From positions 1 through 55,554 of the forward strand of contig CANQFS010000005.1 of NCBI GenBank assembly GCA_947599825.1: a stretch of DNA of 55,554 nucleotides, written 5' to 3'. The notes beneath the pieces are model-generated. The model saw nothing but the letters and a program-made list of their open reading frames with translations. It had not been told where the DNA came from and did no database searches. The stretch is from an uncultured Clostridia bacterium (lineage in GTDB: Bacteria; Bacillota; Clostridia; TANB77; CAG-508). The position numbers and the translations under genes are program-made. Below, one piece after another: positions 42,754 to 52,311 of this stretch (its first letter is position 1; every line of letters starts with the position of its first letter).

Positions 42754-43443
42754 CTATTTTGCAAAACTATATCCTTTTCTTCTTTTTTCTTCAATAATTT
42801 GTTTTACCTTTTCTTTTTCTTCTTCTACACTTAAAGAGGTAGTATCTACGTAAATAGCGTCTTCTGCTATTTTTAAAGCCCCTATTTCTTTTTCTTTATC
42901 ATTTTTGTCACGAATTTGAATATTTTTTAGCACTTCATCATAAGACATGTCAATTCCTTTTTCTTGCATTTCTTTGTATCTTCTTTTGGCTCTTTCTTTT
43001 TCATCTGCATCTAAATAAATTTTTACATCTGCATTTGGAAAAACATAGGTAGTAATATCTCTACCTTCCATAATAACATCTTTTCCCTTTGCTAAATTTC
43101 TTTGCACATCAACCATGGCAAAACGCACTTCTTTTATTGAAGACACTTGTGACACAATTTGTGTTACTTCTTTACTTCTAATTTCTTTGGTAACATCTTC
43201 TCCATTTAAGAAAATTGTTTGCTCTCCATCTTCTATTTTCATATCTATATGAATGTTTGGCAAAGATGCAATAATCTTTTCTTTTTCTTCTAACTTTATA
43301 TTATTTTTAAGCATATATAAAGCAACACAGCGATAAGTTGCTCCTGTATCAATATTTACTAATCCCATTTCTTTTGATAAAAGTTTGGTAACTGTTCCTT
43401 TTCCTGTACCTGCTGGTCCATCAATTGCTACAATAAATGACAT
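42754..43443 (-). CDS. cmk: Cytidylate kinase
   Basis: VAIDGPAGTGKGT, DTGATYR and MEGRDITTYVFPNADVKIYL motifs. Confidence 0.95.
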   Translation of the reverse strand: MSFIVAIDGPAGTGKGTVTKLLSKEMGLVNIDTGATYRCVALYMLKNNIKLEEKEKIIASLPNIHIDMKIEDGEQTIFLNGEDVTKEIRSKEVTQIVSQVSSIKEVRFAMVDVQRNLAKGKDVIMEGRDITTYVFPNADVKIYLDADEKERAKRRYKEMQEKGIDMSYDEVLKNIQIRDKNDKEKEIGALKIAEDAIYVDTTSLSVEEEKEKVKQIIEEKRRKGYSFAK

Positions 43444-43482
43444 AATTTTTTCTCCTTTATATTATATTTTCCAAATGGCAAT

Positions 43483-44310
43483 TTAATTTGGCATACTAAT
43501 TGATTTTGCAATAACTGTTATTTTTTGTACGCTCATAGTTGTTAGTTTTTCTATTTCTTTAACACTTTTTTCTTTAAATGCTTTTAGTTCGTTAATTAAA
43601 TTGTGACCATACACAACGTTTACTTCCATATAAATTGAAGGGCCTTCTCCATAATTTTCTACTCTTGTACGAATTACTTTTGCAATTCCTTCTTCTCTTT
43701 TTGCTAAATATTCTACAATTTGACGAAAAACTGTATCAGATATTGTGAAGTTTCCTAAGTAGCTAAATGTTGGCCTTATTATTGATTTTTCTGAAATGTA
43801 TGGTTCATGTCCGCTTCCTTTTGATTTAAAGATTTGGAGTGGGTCTAATATGTAACCAGAAAAGTCCTTTTTTATTTCAAATGTAGGCACTGGTATAACA
43901 TGCTTTCCTTGCGTTACACGAATATTTCGTGCGGTTTGCATTTCATTTTCTGTTGCTACATCTTGAATATATATAGTTTTTTGAATTTTAGGAAGACCTA
44001 AGTTTTCTGCAATTTTTGCAACCATATCATCTGATGTTCCTAATATTAAAATAGATTCCGGTTTATATTTTTTTATTGCTTTTATCATTTCATCTCTTTG
44101 TTTTTTTTCAATAAAAATAGCATGTTTTACAGTTTCTATTTTTGTTGGTGCCTTTTTTGCAGATTCTCCTGCTATTACTTCATTTTCATTTACAAGTAGG
44201 CCATCATCTATAATATAAGATATGTTATTTTCGCCTGCTACCATTTGTGCGCGATAACTTTTTCCTGTGCCAGATGGTCCTACAAAAGCAAATACTTTAA
44301 TTTTATCCAC
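43483..44310 (-). CDS. P-loop protein with Asp23/Gls24-like C-terminus
   Basis: FVGPSGTGKSYRA, IIDDGLL, GKHVIPVPTFE and RPTFSYLG motifs. Confidence 0.75.
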   Translation of the reverse strand: MDKIKVFAFVGPSGTGKSYRAQMVAGENNISYIIDDGLLVNENEVIAGESAKKAPTKIETVKHAIFIEKKQRDEMIKAIKKYKPESILILGTSDDMVAKIAENLGLPKIQKTIYIQDVATENEMQTARNIRVTQGKHVIPVPTFEIKKDFSGYILDPLQIFKSKGSGHEPYISEKSIIRPTFSYLGNFTISDTVFRQIVEYLAKREEGIAKVIRTRVENYGEGPSIYMEVNVVYGHNLINELKAFKEKSVKEIEKLTTMSVQKITVIAKSISMPN

Positions 44311-44435
44311 TTAACTTTCTCCTTTTTTCTTAAATCTTTATGCTAAATTTTTCTTATCTATGCCATTATATCATTGCAAAAAAAAATTGTCTATAATTTG
44401 ATTATTTTAAATTTTACATTTCAAAAAAAACGAAT

Positions 44436-44466
44436 GGAAAGATTTGGGACGCGTCCAAATCTTTCC
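44436..44466. repeat. REP-like palindrome, copy 2
   Basis: Exact reverse complement of 7890-7920. Confidence 0.85.
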
Positions 44467-44514
44467 ATTAGAAAAAGGCTCTTAAAGGAATTTCCTTCAA
44501 GAGCCTTACGGTAG

Positions 44515-44877
44515 TTATTCTGCCACATTTAAATATTCCGCCGTTTTGGGAGAAATATAAAGATTTACATGTAGCTGTGTTGCGTTTACCCGGATAGTCC
44601 AAATTCTGTCTTCTTTTTCTTTTGTTTTATTGCAGAAGAGAATTACTTCTCTTTTGCTATTTGCTTTAGCCGCCTCTGCAATAGGAATGAAAAAGAAAAT
44701 TTGCATTTTGGATAAAATACTTTCTATCCAAGGTAAGGAAGCGTCATAAATGTAGAAGTTTCTCCAGTCTACATTTTCACAACCGATTTTTTTCATGCAC
44801 TCATCGATTGTTTTTTCTACTTCCTCCCGTGCTGTCAGATCCTTCATTGCTGTTACTACATCTTTGATTTGCTGCAT
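44515..44877 (-). CDS. Hypothetical protein between two REP-like palindromes
   Basis: AAAAGGAGA RBS and own terminator hairpin near 44475-44507; contains two in-frame CGG codons. Confidence 0.6.
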   Translation of the reverse strand: MQQIKDVVTAMKDLTAREEVEKTIDECMKKIGCENVDWRNFYIYDASLPWIESILSKMQIFFFIPIAEAAKANSKREVILFCNKTKEKEDRIWTIRVNATQLHVNLYISPKTAEYLNVAE

Positions 44878-44979
44878 ATTATTTTCTCCTTTTTGGTTAC
44901 ATTGCAATTGTCACAATGTATATTTTTTACAACTACTTATATTTATTATACTACTTATGTTGCCTTTTGTCAAAAAAGT

Positions 44980-45010
44980 GGAAAGAAATGGACGCGTCCC
45001 AAATCTTTCC
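44980..45010. repeat. REP-like palindrome, copy 3
   Basis: GGAAAGAAATGGACGCGTCCCAAATCTTTCC, 2 mismatches to copy 1. Confidence 0.85.
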
Positions 45011-45021
45011 ACTTTTTATTT

Positions 45022-46251
45022 TTAATTTACTTCATTTATTTTGATATCACGTACGTGGTCTATCTTTTCCCATTTAGTATTTCTTATAAATAGGCATTTA
45101 AAGTTTATTAATAACCATGAACCTAAGAATATTGGATAAAAGATTAATCCTTTTAGCATTGGCTTAATTGGCTTTTTGTCTAATACCATAATTAAAATTG
45201 CTGTTAATATTGGTAAGAAGAATGTTGGTATTAAATAACGAACTGAATTTATTAGTAATTCTTGTATTGTCATTCCGTTTGCAAAATACATAATAACATT
45301 TAATAATAGTAAAACAAGTGTGACAACAAACATTGGAATGCTTCCTAATATATATAATAGTCCGTCAAAATTCATTAGTGTTTTCTTTTCTTTTACAGCT
45401 GCTGCTAGCAAACCTGTATATTCTTTCATGCATTGAATATGACCTACAGTCCATCTACTTCTTTGTGACCATGATTGTTTGAAGTCTGTAGGTTGTTCAT
45501 CATAAACGATAGCATCTGTTGCCCAACCTAATTTTCTTCCTTCGATGATATTTTTTAAAGAAAATTCAATGTCCTCTGTTAAGGTTTTTGTGTCCCAACC
45601 TGTTTCTTTTATAAGGTCAAAACGAACCATAAAACCTGTTCCATTTAATAGTGGAGATAGTCCTAAATTATACCTTGCTAAATGATAAAAACGATTCATT
45701 GTCCAATAAAATATGGCATAACCTGCTGTAATCCAGTTATCTGATGGATTTTTAATATCACGATAACCTTGTACTACGTTTTCTCCTTGGCATAGTTTTT
45801 TATTCATTGCTTTTAAGAAATTTACATCTGCAATGTTATCTGCATCAAAGACACAGAATGCATCATAAGGTGCATTTTCTTTTATTTTTTTGTCTAAAAA
45901 CCATTGCAAAGCAAAGCCTTTTGTTTTCTTTTTTTCATCAAATCTTTCATAAACAATGGCACCTGCTTTTTTTGCAATTTCTGCTGTGTTGTCTGTGCAG
46001 TTGTCTGCAATAACATAGATATCGTATAATTCATTTGGATAATCTTGGTTTTTTAAGCTTTCTATTAAATTTGCAACAACAGCAGCTTCATTATGGGCAG
46101 GAATAATAGCCATAAAACGATTTTGTTTTTCTTCTATAATAGGTTTATCTTTTAATTTTACAAGCGAGCATATACTAACAACGAATTGATATAACCAAAA
46201 GGCTGTTACTATCCATACTAGCGCTTGTTGTAATAGATATAAATATTCCAT
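45022..46251 (-). CDS. Glycosyltransferase family 2 (cellulose synthase/IcaA-like)
   Basis: IPAHNE, ADNCTDNT, FDAD, LTEDIE and QRSRW motifs; C-terminal TM segments. Confidence 0.92.
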   Translation of the reverse strand: MEYLYLLQQALVWIVTAFWLYQFVVSICSLVKLKDKPIIEEKQNRFMAIIPAHNEAAVVANLIESLKNQDYPNELYDIYVIADNCTDNTAEIAKKAGAIVYERFDEKKKTKGFALQWFLDKKIKENAPYDAFCVFDADNIADVNFLKAMNKKLCQGENVVQGYRDIKNPSDNWITAGYAIFYWTMNRFYHLARYNLGLSPLLNGTGFMVRFDLIKETGWDTKTLTEDIEFSLKNIIEGRKLGWATDAIVYDEQPTDFKQSWSQRSRWTVGHIQCMKEYTGLLAAAVKEKKTLMNFDGLLYILGSIPMFVVTLVLLLLNVIMYFANGMTIQELLINSVRYLIPTFFLPILTAILIMVLDKKPIKPMLKGLIFYPIFLGSWLLINFKCLFIRNTKWEKIDHVRDIKINEVN

Positions 46252-46411
46252 TTTTTCTCCTTGTCTTTTTATTTATTCTATTTTTCTACCATTCATATTA
46301 TACTATTTTCATTTTACTTTTGCAACGTTTTGTCCAATTTTTCATAAAGTCTTAATATTTTTGAGAAAAGAGAATGGTTCTAATATAAAAACCATTCTCT
46401 TTTTACTTAAT

Positions 46412-46612
46412 CTACTGCTCCATAGTATTGAATATCTTTCTAATTACTATGTTTTCATCTTTATTCGAGATTTCTACTTTTATTGTGTCTTTTTTTGAAT
46501 TCATTTTTCTATCTAAGTCCCAAAAAAACTCTTCCAAGTAAATTATAGTTCCATTCTTTAACCGCACAAAAGAATCTGCCCAATATTTAGAACCTATTTT
46601 CTTTTTTGCCAT
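46412..46612 (-). CDS. Small hypothetical protein
   Basis: AAGGAGGG RBS and downstream hairpin at about 46366-46404; one in-frame CGG. Confidence 0.55.
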   Translation of the reverse strand: MAKKKIGSKYWADSFVRLKNGTIIYLEEFFWDLDRKMNSKKDTIKVEISNKDENIVIRKIFNTMEQ

Positions 46613-46777
46613 AGTTTTTACCCTCCTTAATTAAGTTGCCTTTCATATTTGTTACGTTTCTTGTGAGATGGTAATCTTTTACTTATCTTAATATGTTTAC
46701 TATTATACTATAAGAATTAAAAATTTTCAATAAAAAGCAAAAACTCACGAGAATTATCTCATAAGTTTTTTTATTTT

Positions 46778-48901
46778 TTAGTCTTCTACACTAGGATTTA
46801 CTTCTAAATCTTTCATGCTTAAGTTTATTCTTCCTTGATTATCTATTTCACTAACTTTTACTCTTATTTCATCTCCTATAGATAATACATCTTCTACTTT
46901 TTCTACACGTTTGCTAGAGATTTTAGAAATGTGTAATAAACCTTCTTTTCCTGCGCCTAAATCTACAAAAGCACCAAAACTTGTAATTCTTGTAACAGTT
47001 CCATCATAGATGTTTCCTGCTTCAATTTCTCTTGTAATATCTTCTATCATTTTCTTTGCGATGTATGCATCTTGTCCTTCTACTGCATAAATGCATACGC
47101 TTCCGTCTTCTTCAATATCAATTTTAACTCCTTTTGCTTCTTCAATAATTTTGTTAATCATTTTTCCGCCAGGTCCTATAACATCTTTAATTTTATCTAC
47201 TGGAATATGCATTGTCGTAATTCTTGGTGCATATTTTGAAATATCTGCTCTTGGCTCTGAAATGACTGGTAACATGATATTGTCTAAAATATAATCTCTT
47301 GCTACTTTCGTTCTATCAAAGGCTTCTTTGATAATATCGTAAGTTAAACCATCGCATTTAATATCTACTTGAATTGCTGTAATTCCTTCTTTGGTTCCAC
47401 CTACTTTAAAGTCCATGTCTCCGAAGAAGTCCTCTATTCCTTGGATATCAGTAAGCATTATATAGTCGTTTGGATCTTCTTTGCTTGTAATTAAACCTGT
47501 TGAAATACCTGCTACTGGTCTTTTAATTGGAACACCTGCGTCCATTAAAGCAAGTGTGCTTCCGCAAATACTTGCTTGGGAAGTTGAACCATTTGAAGAT
47601 AAAATTTCAGATACCACACGGATTGCATAAGGGAATTCTTCTTCTGATGGAATAACTGGTACTAATGCTTTTTCAGCTAAAGCACCATGTCCTATTTCTC
47701 TTCTTCCTGGACCTCTTGATGGTCTTGCCTCTCCTACAGAGTAAGATGGGAAGTTATATTGGTGCATGTATCTTTTTCCTGTTTCTTCATCTACACCATC
47801 TAAAATTTGTTCTTCGCTTTTCATTCCTAGGGTTACAATAGACATTGCTTGTGTTTGTCCTCTTGTGAAAATAGCACTACCATGTACTCTTGGAAGTACT
47901 CCTACTTCACAAGAAAGTGGTCTTATTTCGTCTATTTTTCTTCCGTCTGGACGTTTATGCTCTTTTAAAATCATTTCTCTAACACATGCTTTTTCTAGGT
48001 CATGGATACTATCTGCAATGTCACGCTTGTCCTCTTCTGCTTTTTCTTCTCCGTATTTTTCTAAGTAATAGTTGTTAATATCTTCAGCAAGTTTTTCCAT
48101 GTTAGCATCACGAGTTTCTTTGTCACCTGCTTGTACATCTTGATACATTCTGTCTTTAAATTCTTTTTCAATTTCTTCATATACTTCTGGTTTTACGGCA
48201 AAAGATAAATATTCAAATTTTTCTTTTCCGCAATCTTTTTGAATGTCAGAAATAAATTTGCAAAGTTTTTTAATTTCTACGTGTGCTGTTTTTATTGCTT
48301 CTAACATTGTGTCGTTTGGAATTTCGTCAGCACCTGCTTCAATCATAGTAATTTTTTCTTCTGTTGCAGCAACTGTTAGAGTTAGTCTTGATTTTTCTCT
48401 TTGCTCTACAGTTGGGTTAATTATAATTTGTCCATCTACATAGCCTACGTTTACTGCTGCTGTTGGTCCTCCAAATGGAATGTCTGAAATAGCAAGTGCT
48501 GCTGCAGAACCTATCATTGCACATACTTCTGGGCTATTGTCTTGTTCTACAGATAGAACTGTTGCAACTACGCATACATCATTTCTAAAATCTTTTGGGA
48601 ATAATGGACGAAGTGGTCTATCAATTGCTCTTGATGTTAAAATGGCTTTGTCTGCTGGCTTTCCTTCCCTTTTCATAAAACTTCCTGGTATTTTTCCTAC
48701 TGCATATAATTTTTCTTCATAATCTACAGATAGTGGGAAAAAGTCTATTCCTTCTCTTGGCTCTTTTGATGCCGTTACATTGACCATAACAACAGTATCT
48801 CCATAACGAACCATAACACTACCATTAGCAAGTTCTGCAATCTTGCCTGTTTCAATTGTTAATTTTCTTCCTGCAAGTTCAGTTGAGTATGTTTTAAACA
48901 T
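46778..48901 (-). CDS. pnp: Polyribonucleotide nucleotidyltransferase
   Basis: DFFPLSVDYEEK, RREIGHG, SNGSTSQAS and GDMDFKVGG motifs; KH and S1 domains; start at MFKTY. Confidence 0.97.
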   Translation of the reverse strand: MFKTYSTELAGRKLTIETGKIAELANGSVMVRYGDTVVMVNVTASKEPREGIDFFPLSVDYEEKLYAVGKIPGSFMKREGKPADKAILTSRAIDRPLRPLFPKDFRNDVCVVATVLSVEQDNSPEVCAMIGSAAALAISDIPFGGPTAAVNVGYVDGQIIINPTVEQREKSRLTLTVAATEEKITMIEAGADEIPNDTMLEAIKTAHVEIKKLCKFISDIQKDCGKEKFEYLSFAVKPEVYEEIEKEFKDRMYQDVQAGDKETRDANMEKLAEDINNYYLEKYGEEKAEEDKRDIADSIHDLEKACVREMILKEHKRPDGRKIDEIRPLSCEVGVLPRVHGSAIFTRGQTQAMSIVTLGMKSEEQILDGVDEETGKRYMHQYNFPSYSVGEARPSRGPGRREIGHGALAEKALVPVIPSEEEFPYAIRVVSEILSSNGSTSQASICGSTLALMDAGVPIKRPVAGISTGLITSKEDPNDYIMLTDIQGIEDFFGDMDFKVGGTKEGITAIQVDIKCDGLTYDIIKEAFDRTKVARDYILDNIMLPVISEPRADISKYAPRITTMHIPVDKIKDVIGPGGKMINKIIEEAKGVKIDIEEDGSVCIYAVEGQDAYIAKKMIEDITREIEAGNIYDGTVTRITSFGAFVDLGAGKEGLLHISKISSKRVEKVEDVLSIGDEIRVKVSEIDNQGRINLSMKDLEVNPSVED

Positions 48902-48949
48902 AAATATCTCTCCTTTTCTGGCTTTAACGCCTGTTATATTTATTTTAAC

Positions 48950-49090
48950 CAATACTCGTCCTTAGTGTAACCTCTACAATACATTATTTTTTTCTAATAC
49001 GTTTTAATTAGAAAATTTTCATTTGACGCATATTTTTGCAAACAATTTTTACAATGCATTGTACAAGCTACTAGCTAATTCAAAGTATTG
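48950..49090 (-). promoter_or_regulatory. Long imperfect stem-loop in the pnp leader (putative RNase III site)
   Basis: CAATACT...AGTATTG and TACAATACATT...AATGCATTGTA complementary arms. Confidence 0.5.
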
Positions 49091-49221
49091 ATTTAAAATA
49101 GCGAATTTTAAAAATAGAACCTTAAGCTTTTCATTTAAAGATTATAACTTTACTTTTTTAATATGATAAAATTAAAAATGGACGTTTCACTTTATGAATA
49201 GCAAAACGTCCTTCTTGACTT

Positions 49222-49485
49222 TTATTTTCTTAGTCCTAATTTTTCAACGATATCACGATATCTTTGAACATCTTTATCACTTAAGTACTTAAGTAAGCTA
49301 CGTCTTGCACCTACCATTTTTAAAAGACCTCTTCTTGAGTGATTATCTTTTTGATGTACTTTTAAATGTTCTGTTAGTTCATTGATTCTTTCTGTTAAAA
49401 GAGCGATTTGTACTTCTGGTGAACCAGTGTCTTTTTCATCTCTTTTATAAGTATTAATGATTTCTTGTTTCTTTTCCTTTGTCAT
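49222..49485 (-). CDS. rpsO: 30S ribosomal protein S15
   Basis: [23 protein letters not shown] and [13 protein letters not shown]; GGAGG RBS before MTKEK. Confidence 0.97.
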   Translation of the reverse strand: MTKEKKQEIINTYKRDEKDTGSPEVQIALLTERINELTEHLKVHQKDNHSRRGLLKMVGARRSLLKYLSDKDVQRYRDIVEKLGLRK

Positions 49486-49489
49486 AATT

Positions 49490-49590
49490 GCACCTCCTAT
49501 ATTTTTTATTTGCCTTAAACTGAGTTTTAGGGCAGGTGTCCTTTCCAAAAACCAAGTATAAGGTAAGTATGCTTATTGAAAGCATAACTA
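49490..49590 (-). promoter_or_regulatory. Putative S15 autoregulatory leader
   Basis: Imperfect stem TTGCCTTAAACTGAGTTTT/AAAACCAAGTATAAGGTAA directly upstream of the rpsO RBS. Confidence 0.5.
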
Positions 49591-49850
49591 TATTATCATA
49601 TTTTACACCATTTTGCAATAGTTTTTGAAAAATTTCTAAGAGTGTATTGTATTTTGCATAAAAACGTGCTGAACATTTTTACAGTCCTACAATGATTTTT
49701 ATATTTTAAAATTGTCAAATTCCCGTAAAAATTTTTCTATAGATAATAAATATCTATAATAGAATTTTTTTAATAACATATAAATAAAAACTTTCTTTTT
49801 TGGAAATAATATGATATAATAATAGTATACTAAAAAGGAGAGTTTTTATT

Positions 49851-50777
49851 ATGTTAGGAGAAAAAATAAAATTATATAGAGAAAAGAAAAATATGACTCA
49901 AAACGAAATTGCAGAGATTTTAGGTGTAAAAGCTACTACAGTATCTAAATATGAAGCTGGAACATTGGAACCGAATATTGAATCAATAAAAAAATTGTCA
50001 GAAACTTTTGGAATAACTATAGATGAATTATTAAAAGATGAAAGTGATTTTGATATTTCAAAGATAAATATACTAGAAATATTAAGAGAACAAAAAGAGA
50101 TGAAATTAAAAGGTAATCTATATCATAATACTCAAATTATTTTTGCATATAATACGAACCATATAGAAGGCAGTAACTTGACAGAAGACCAAACAAGATA
50201 TATTTTTGAAACAAATTCAATTTTGTTTGAGAGTGAAACAGTAGCTAGTGTAGATGATATATTAGAAACAGCTAATCATTTTAAATTAGTTGATTATATG
50301 CTTGATATAGCAGATAAAGATTTAACAGAAGATATAATAAAAGAATTTCATAAAATTTTAAAAGAAGGAACTATGGATAGTAGAAAAGAATGGTTCATGG
50401 TAGGAGAGTATAAAAAAGTAGTCAATGAAGCTGGAAATATAAAAACATCAACACCTAGTCAAACACCAAAAGATATGATTAAATTAATGAAATGGTATAA
50501 TTCACTAGAACAAATAACAATAAAAGAAATAATAGAATTTCATTTTAGATTTGAGAAAATACACCCATTTCAAGATGGAAATGGTAGAATTGGAAGAATA
50601 ATTATGTTTAAGGAATGTCTAAAAAATAATGTAATCCCATTTATTATACTAGATAAAAATAAATTATTTTATTATAGGGGTTTAAAAGAATATAAAAATG
50701 AAAAAGGTTATTTAATTGATACATGCTTAAATGCACAAGATCAGTATATTAAAATGATAGAATATTATTTAAAATAG
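49851..50777 (+). CDS. XRE-HTH plus Fic domain protein
   Basis: MTQNEIAEILGVKATTVSKYEAG HTH; YNTNHIEG; HPFQDGNGRIGR Fic motif. Confidence 0.92.
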   Translation: MLGEKIKLYREKKNMTQNEIAEILGVKATTVSKYEAGTLEPNIESIKKLSETFGITIDELLKDESDFDISKINILEILREQKEMKLKGNLYHNTQIIFAYNTNHIEGSNLTEDQTRYIFETNSILFESETVASVDDILETANHFKLVDYMLDIADKDLTEDIIKEFHKILKEGTMDSRKEWFMVGEYKKVVNEAGNIKTSTPSQTPKDMIKLMKWYNSLEQITIKEIIEFHFRFEKIHPFQDGNGRIGRIIMFKECLKNNVIPFIILDKNKLFYYRGLKEYKNEKGYLIDTCLNAQDQYIKMIEYYLK

Positions 50778-50883
50778 AAGCAGACTATAAATATGGCGAG
50801 CCTTAGATTTTCTTAAAATTTCCATTTGTAAAAAAATCTTAGGCCCGCTTTTTTATTTAAATTTTTGACCAAAATACCTTGTT

Positions 50884-51265
50884 TTATAAAGTAGTCACAT
50901 TTTTTTCTTGATTTTCCTCTATCTCATTTTGCGTTTTACTTACTACTTTATTTACTACTTAATTTTGTTGTTCATTTACTGTTTCATTCGTTATTTCATT
51001 TTCTATTTCATTAGTAGTTTCATTTTGTTTCTCGTTTGTTGTTTCATTTATTATTTCATTAGCAGTTCGATTTTGTTTCTCGTTTGTTGTTTCACTTTTT
51101 ATTTCATTTTTTATTTCATTAGTAGTTTGGTTTTACTACTCTTTTGTTGTTTCATTTACTATTTCATTAGTAGTTTGGTTTTGCTGCTCTTTTGTTGTTT
51201 CATTTACTATTTCATTAGCAGTTTGATTTTGTTTCTCGTTTGTTGTTTCATTTACTATTTCATTC
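50884..51265 (-). repeat. 48-bp coding repeat (NEIVNETTxExQNQTx) extending past the stop codon
   Basis: Units recur with a 48-bp period (e.g. 51171 and 51123) and continue, degenerate, to 50884. Confidence 0.75.
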
Positions 51266-52221
51266 TTAGTTGGCTTATTTGGTTTTTCTTCCTGTTTTGG
51301 CGGATTTTCTGGTTTAGTTTTTTCTTCTTCAGGTTTTTCTTCTTGCTTTGGTGGTTCTTGATAAGTATGCCAAGGATTATTGCTATTTGAATCCGTTGGG
51401 TCCCAATTTCTTAAATAATCTGGATAAGATGATATTTTCTTTGCAGATGGTTTTCCAAGTGGTCCTGGGTCTGAGCTTGAATAAAATTCTACCTTGGTTC
51501 CTCTTGCACAATTATCATAAATCCATTTTGCATCTCGCACAGTAAGCCTTACACAACCGGCTGAAGCATATGTTCCTAATTTATCATATTCCCAATATTC
51601 TAAACTTGCTGGATCATCTTTTACCAAATATGGTACAGAGTGAAATAAAATATTTCCTGTTATTTGTGTAGAATAATGTCCAAATACATATCCCTCTAGA
51701 CGTAGCCATTCCCATCTTGCAGGTATTGTATAAACTCCAGATGTTGGAGTTGCAACTCCTGTTGAACATACCATTGCTTTTACAGGAATAGTATAATTGC
51801 CTTGACTATCTTTACTATAAATAGTTACTACTTGTGCTCCATAATTTACTTTTATATAGTAGGGAATATTGTTAGTGGCTACCGTTGGTTTTCTATTTTG
51901 ATTTACATTGCTATTGTTTTGATTATTATTTTGATTGTTATTATTTTCATTGCTATTATTTTCATTGCTATTATTTTCATTGCTATTATTTTCACTTTCA
52001 TCTATAATTTCGACTTGTATAATATTTTCTTCGAGTGCCTCTATATCCACATATTCATCTACTGGTTCTTCTGCTATTCTTTCTTCCTCTAAGTTTGCTG
52101 ACGTTTCTAAATTTGGTTTTATATAATTAAAATAAGCAAGTAATCCTATTATAATAATCCCTATAATAAGACACAGCATTACTAATATAAACTTTTTTTG
52201 ATTTACTATTTTTATCTTCAT
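51136..52221 (-). CDS. L,D-transpeptidase (YkuD) family protein with TM anchor and low-complexity repeats
   Basis: YYIKVNYGAQVVTIY, MVCSTG, ILFHSVPY and ASAGCVRL motifs. Confidence 0.88.
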   Translation of the reverse strand: MKIKIVNQKKFILVMLCLIIGIIIIGLLAYFNYIKPNLETSANLEEERIAEEPVDEYVDIEALEENIIQVEIIDESENNSNENNSNENNSNENNNNQNNNQNNSNVNQNRKPTVATNNIPYYIKVNYGAQVVTIYSKDSQGNYTIPVKAMVCSTGVATPTSGVYTIPARWEWLRLEGYVFGHYSTQITGNILFHSVPYLVKDDPASLEYWEYDKLGTYASAGCVRLTVRDAKWIYDNCARGTKVEFYSSSDPGPLGKPSAKKISSYPDYLRNWDPTDSNSNNPWHTYQEPPKQEEKPEEEKTKPENPPKQEEKPNKPTKNEIVNETTNEKQNQTANEIVNETTKEQQNQTTNEIVNETTKE

Positions 52222-52256
52222 TTTTGAATCCTTTATTTTTTATTACATTAACTATA

Positions 52257-52311
52257 GGCCTGTCCCGAATGGCAATTTATTGCCAAAAAGGGGCGTCCAA
52301 ATTGGCAATTT
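52257..52311. repeat. Intergenic palindromic repeat related to the 16754-16872 element
   Basis: CTGTCCC...TGGCAATTTATTGCCA...GGGGCGTCC; shares CTGTCCC and G(A/G)CGTCC cores with the other repeats. Confidence 0.45.

Noticed and set aside
50908-51390. 160-aa hydrophobic + strand ORF
   Set aside because: Antisense shadow of the Asn/Glu/Thr repeat tail of the L,D-transpeptidase gene.
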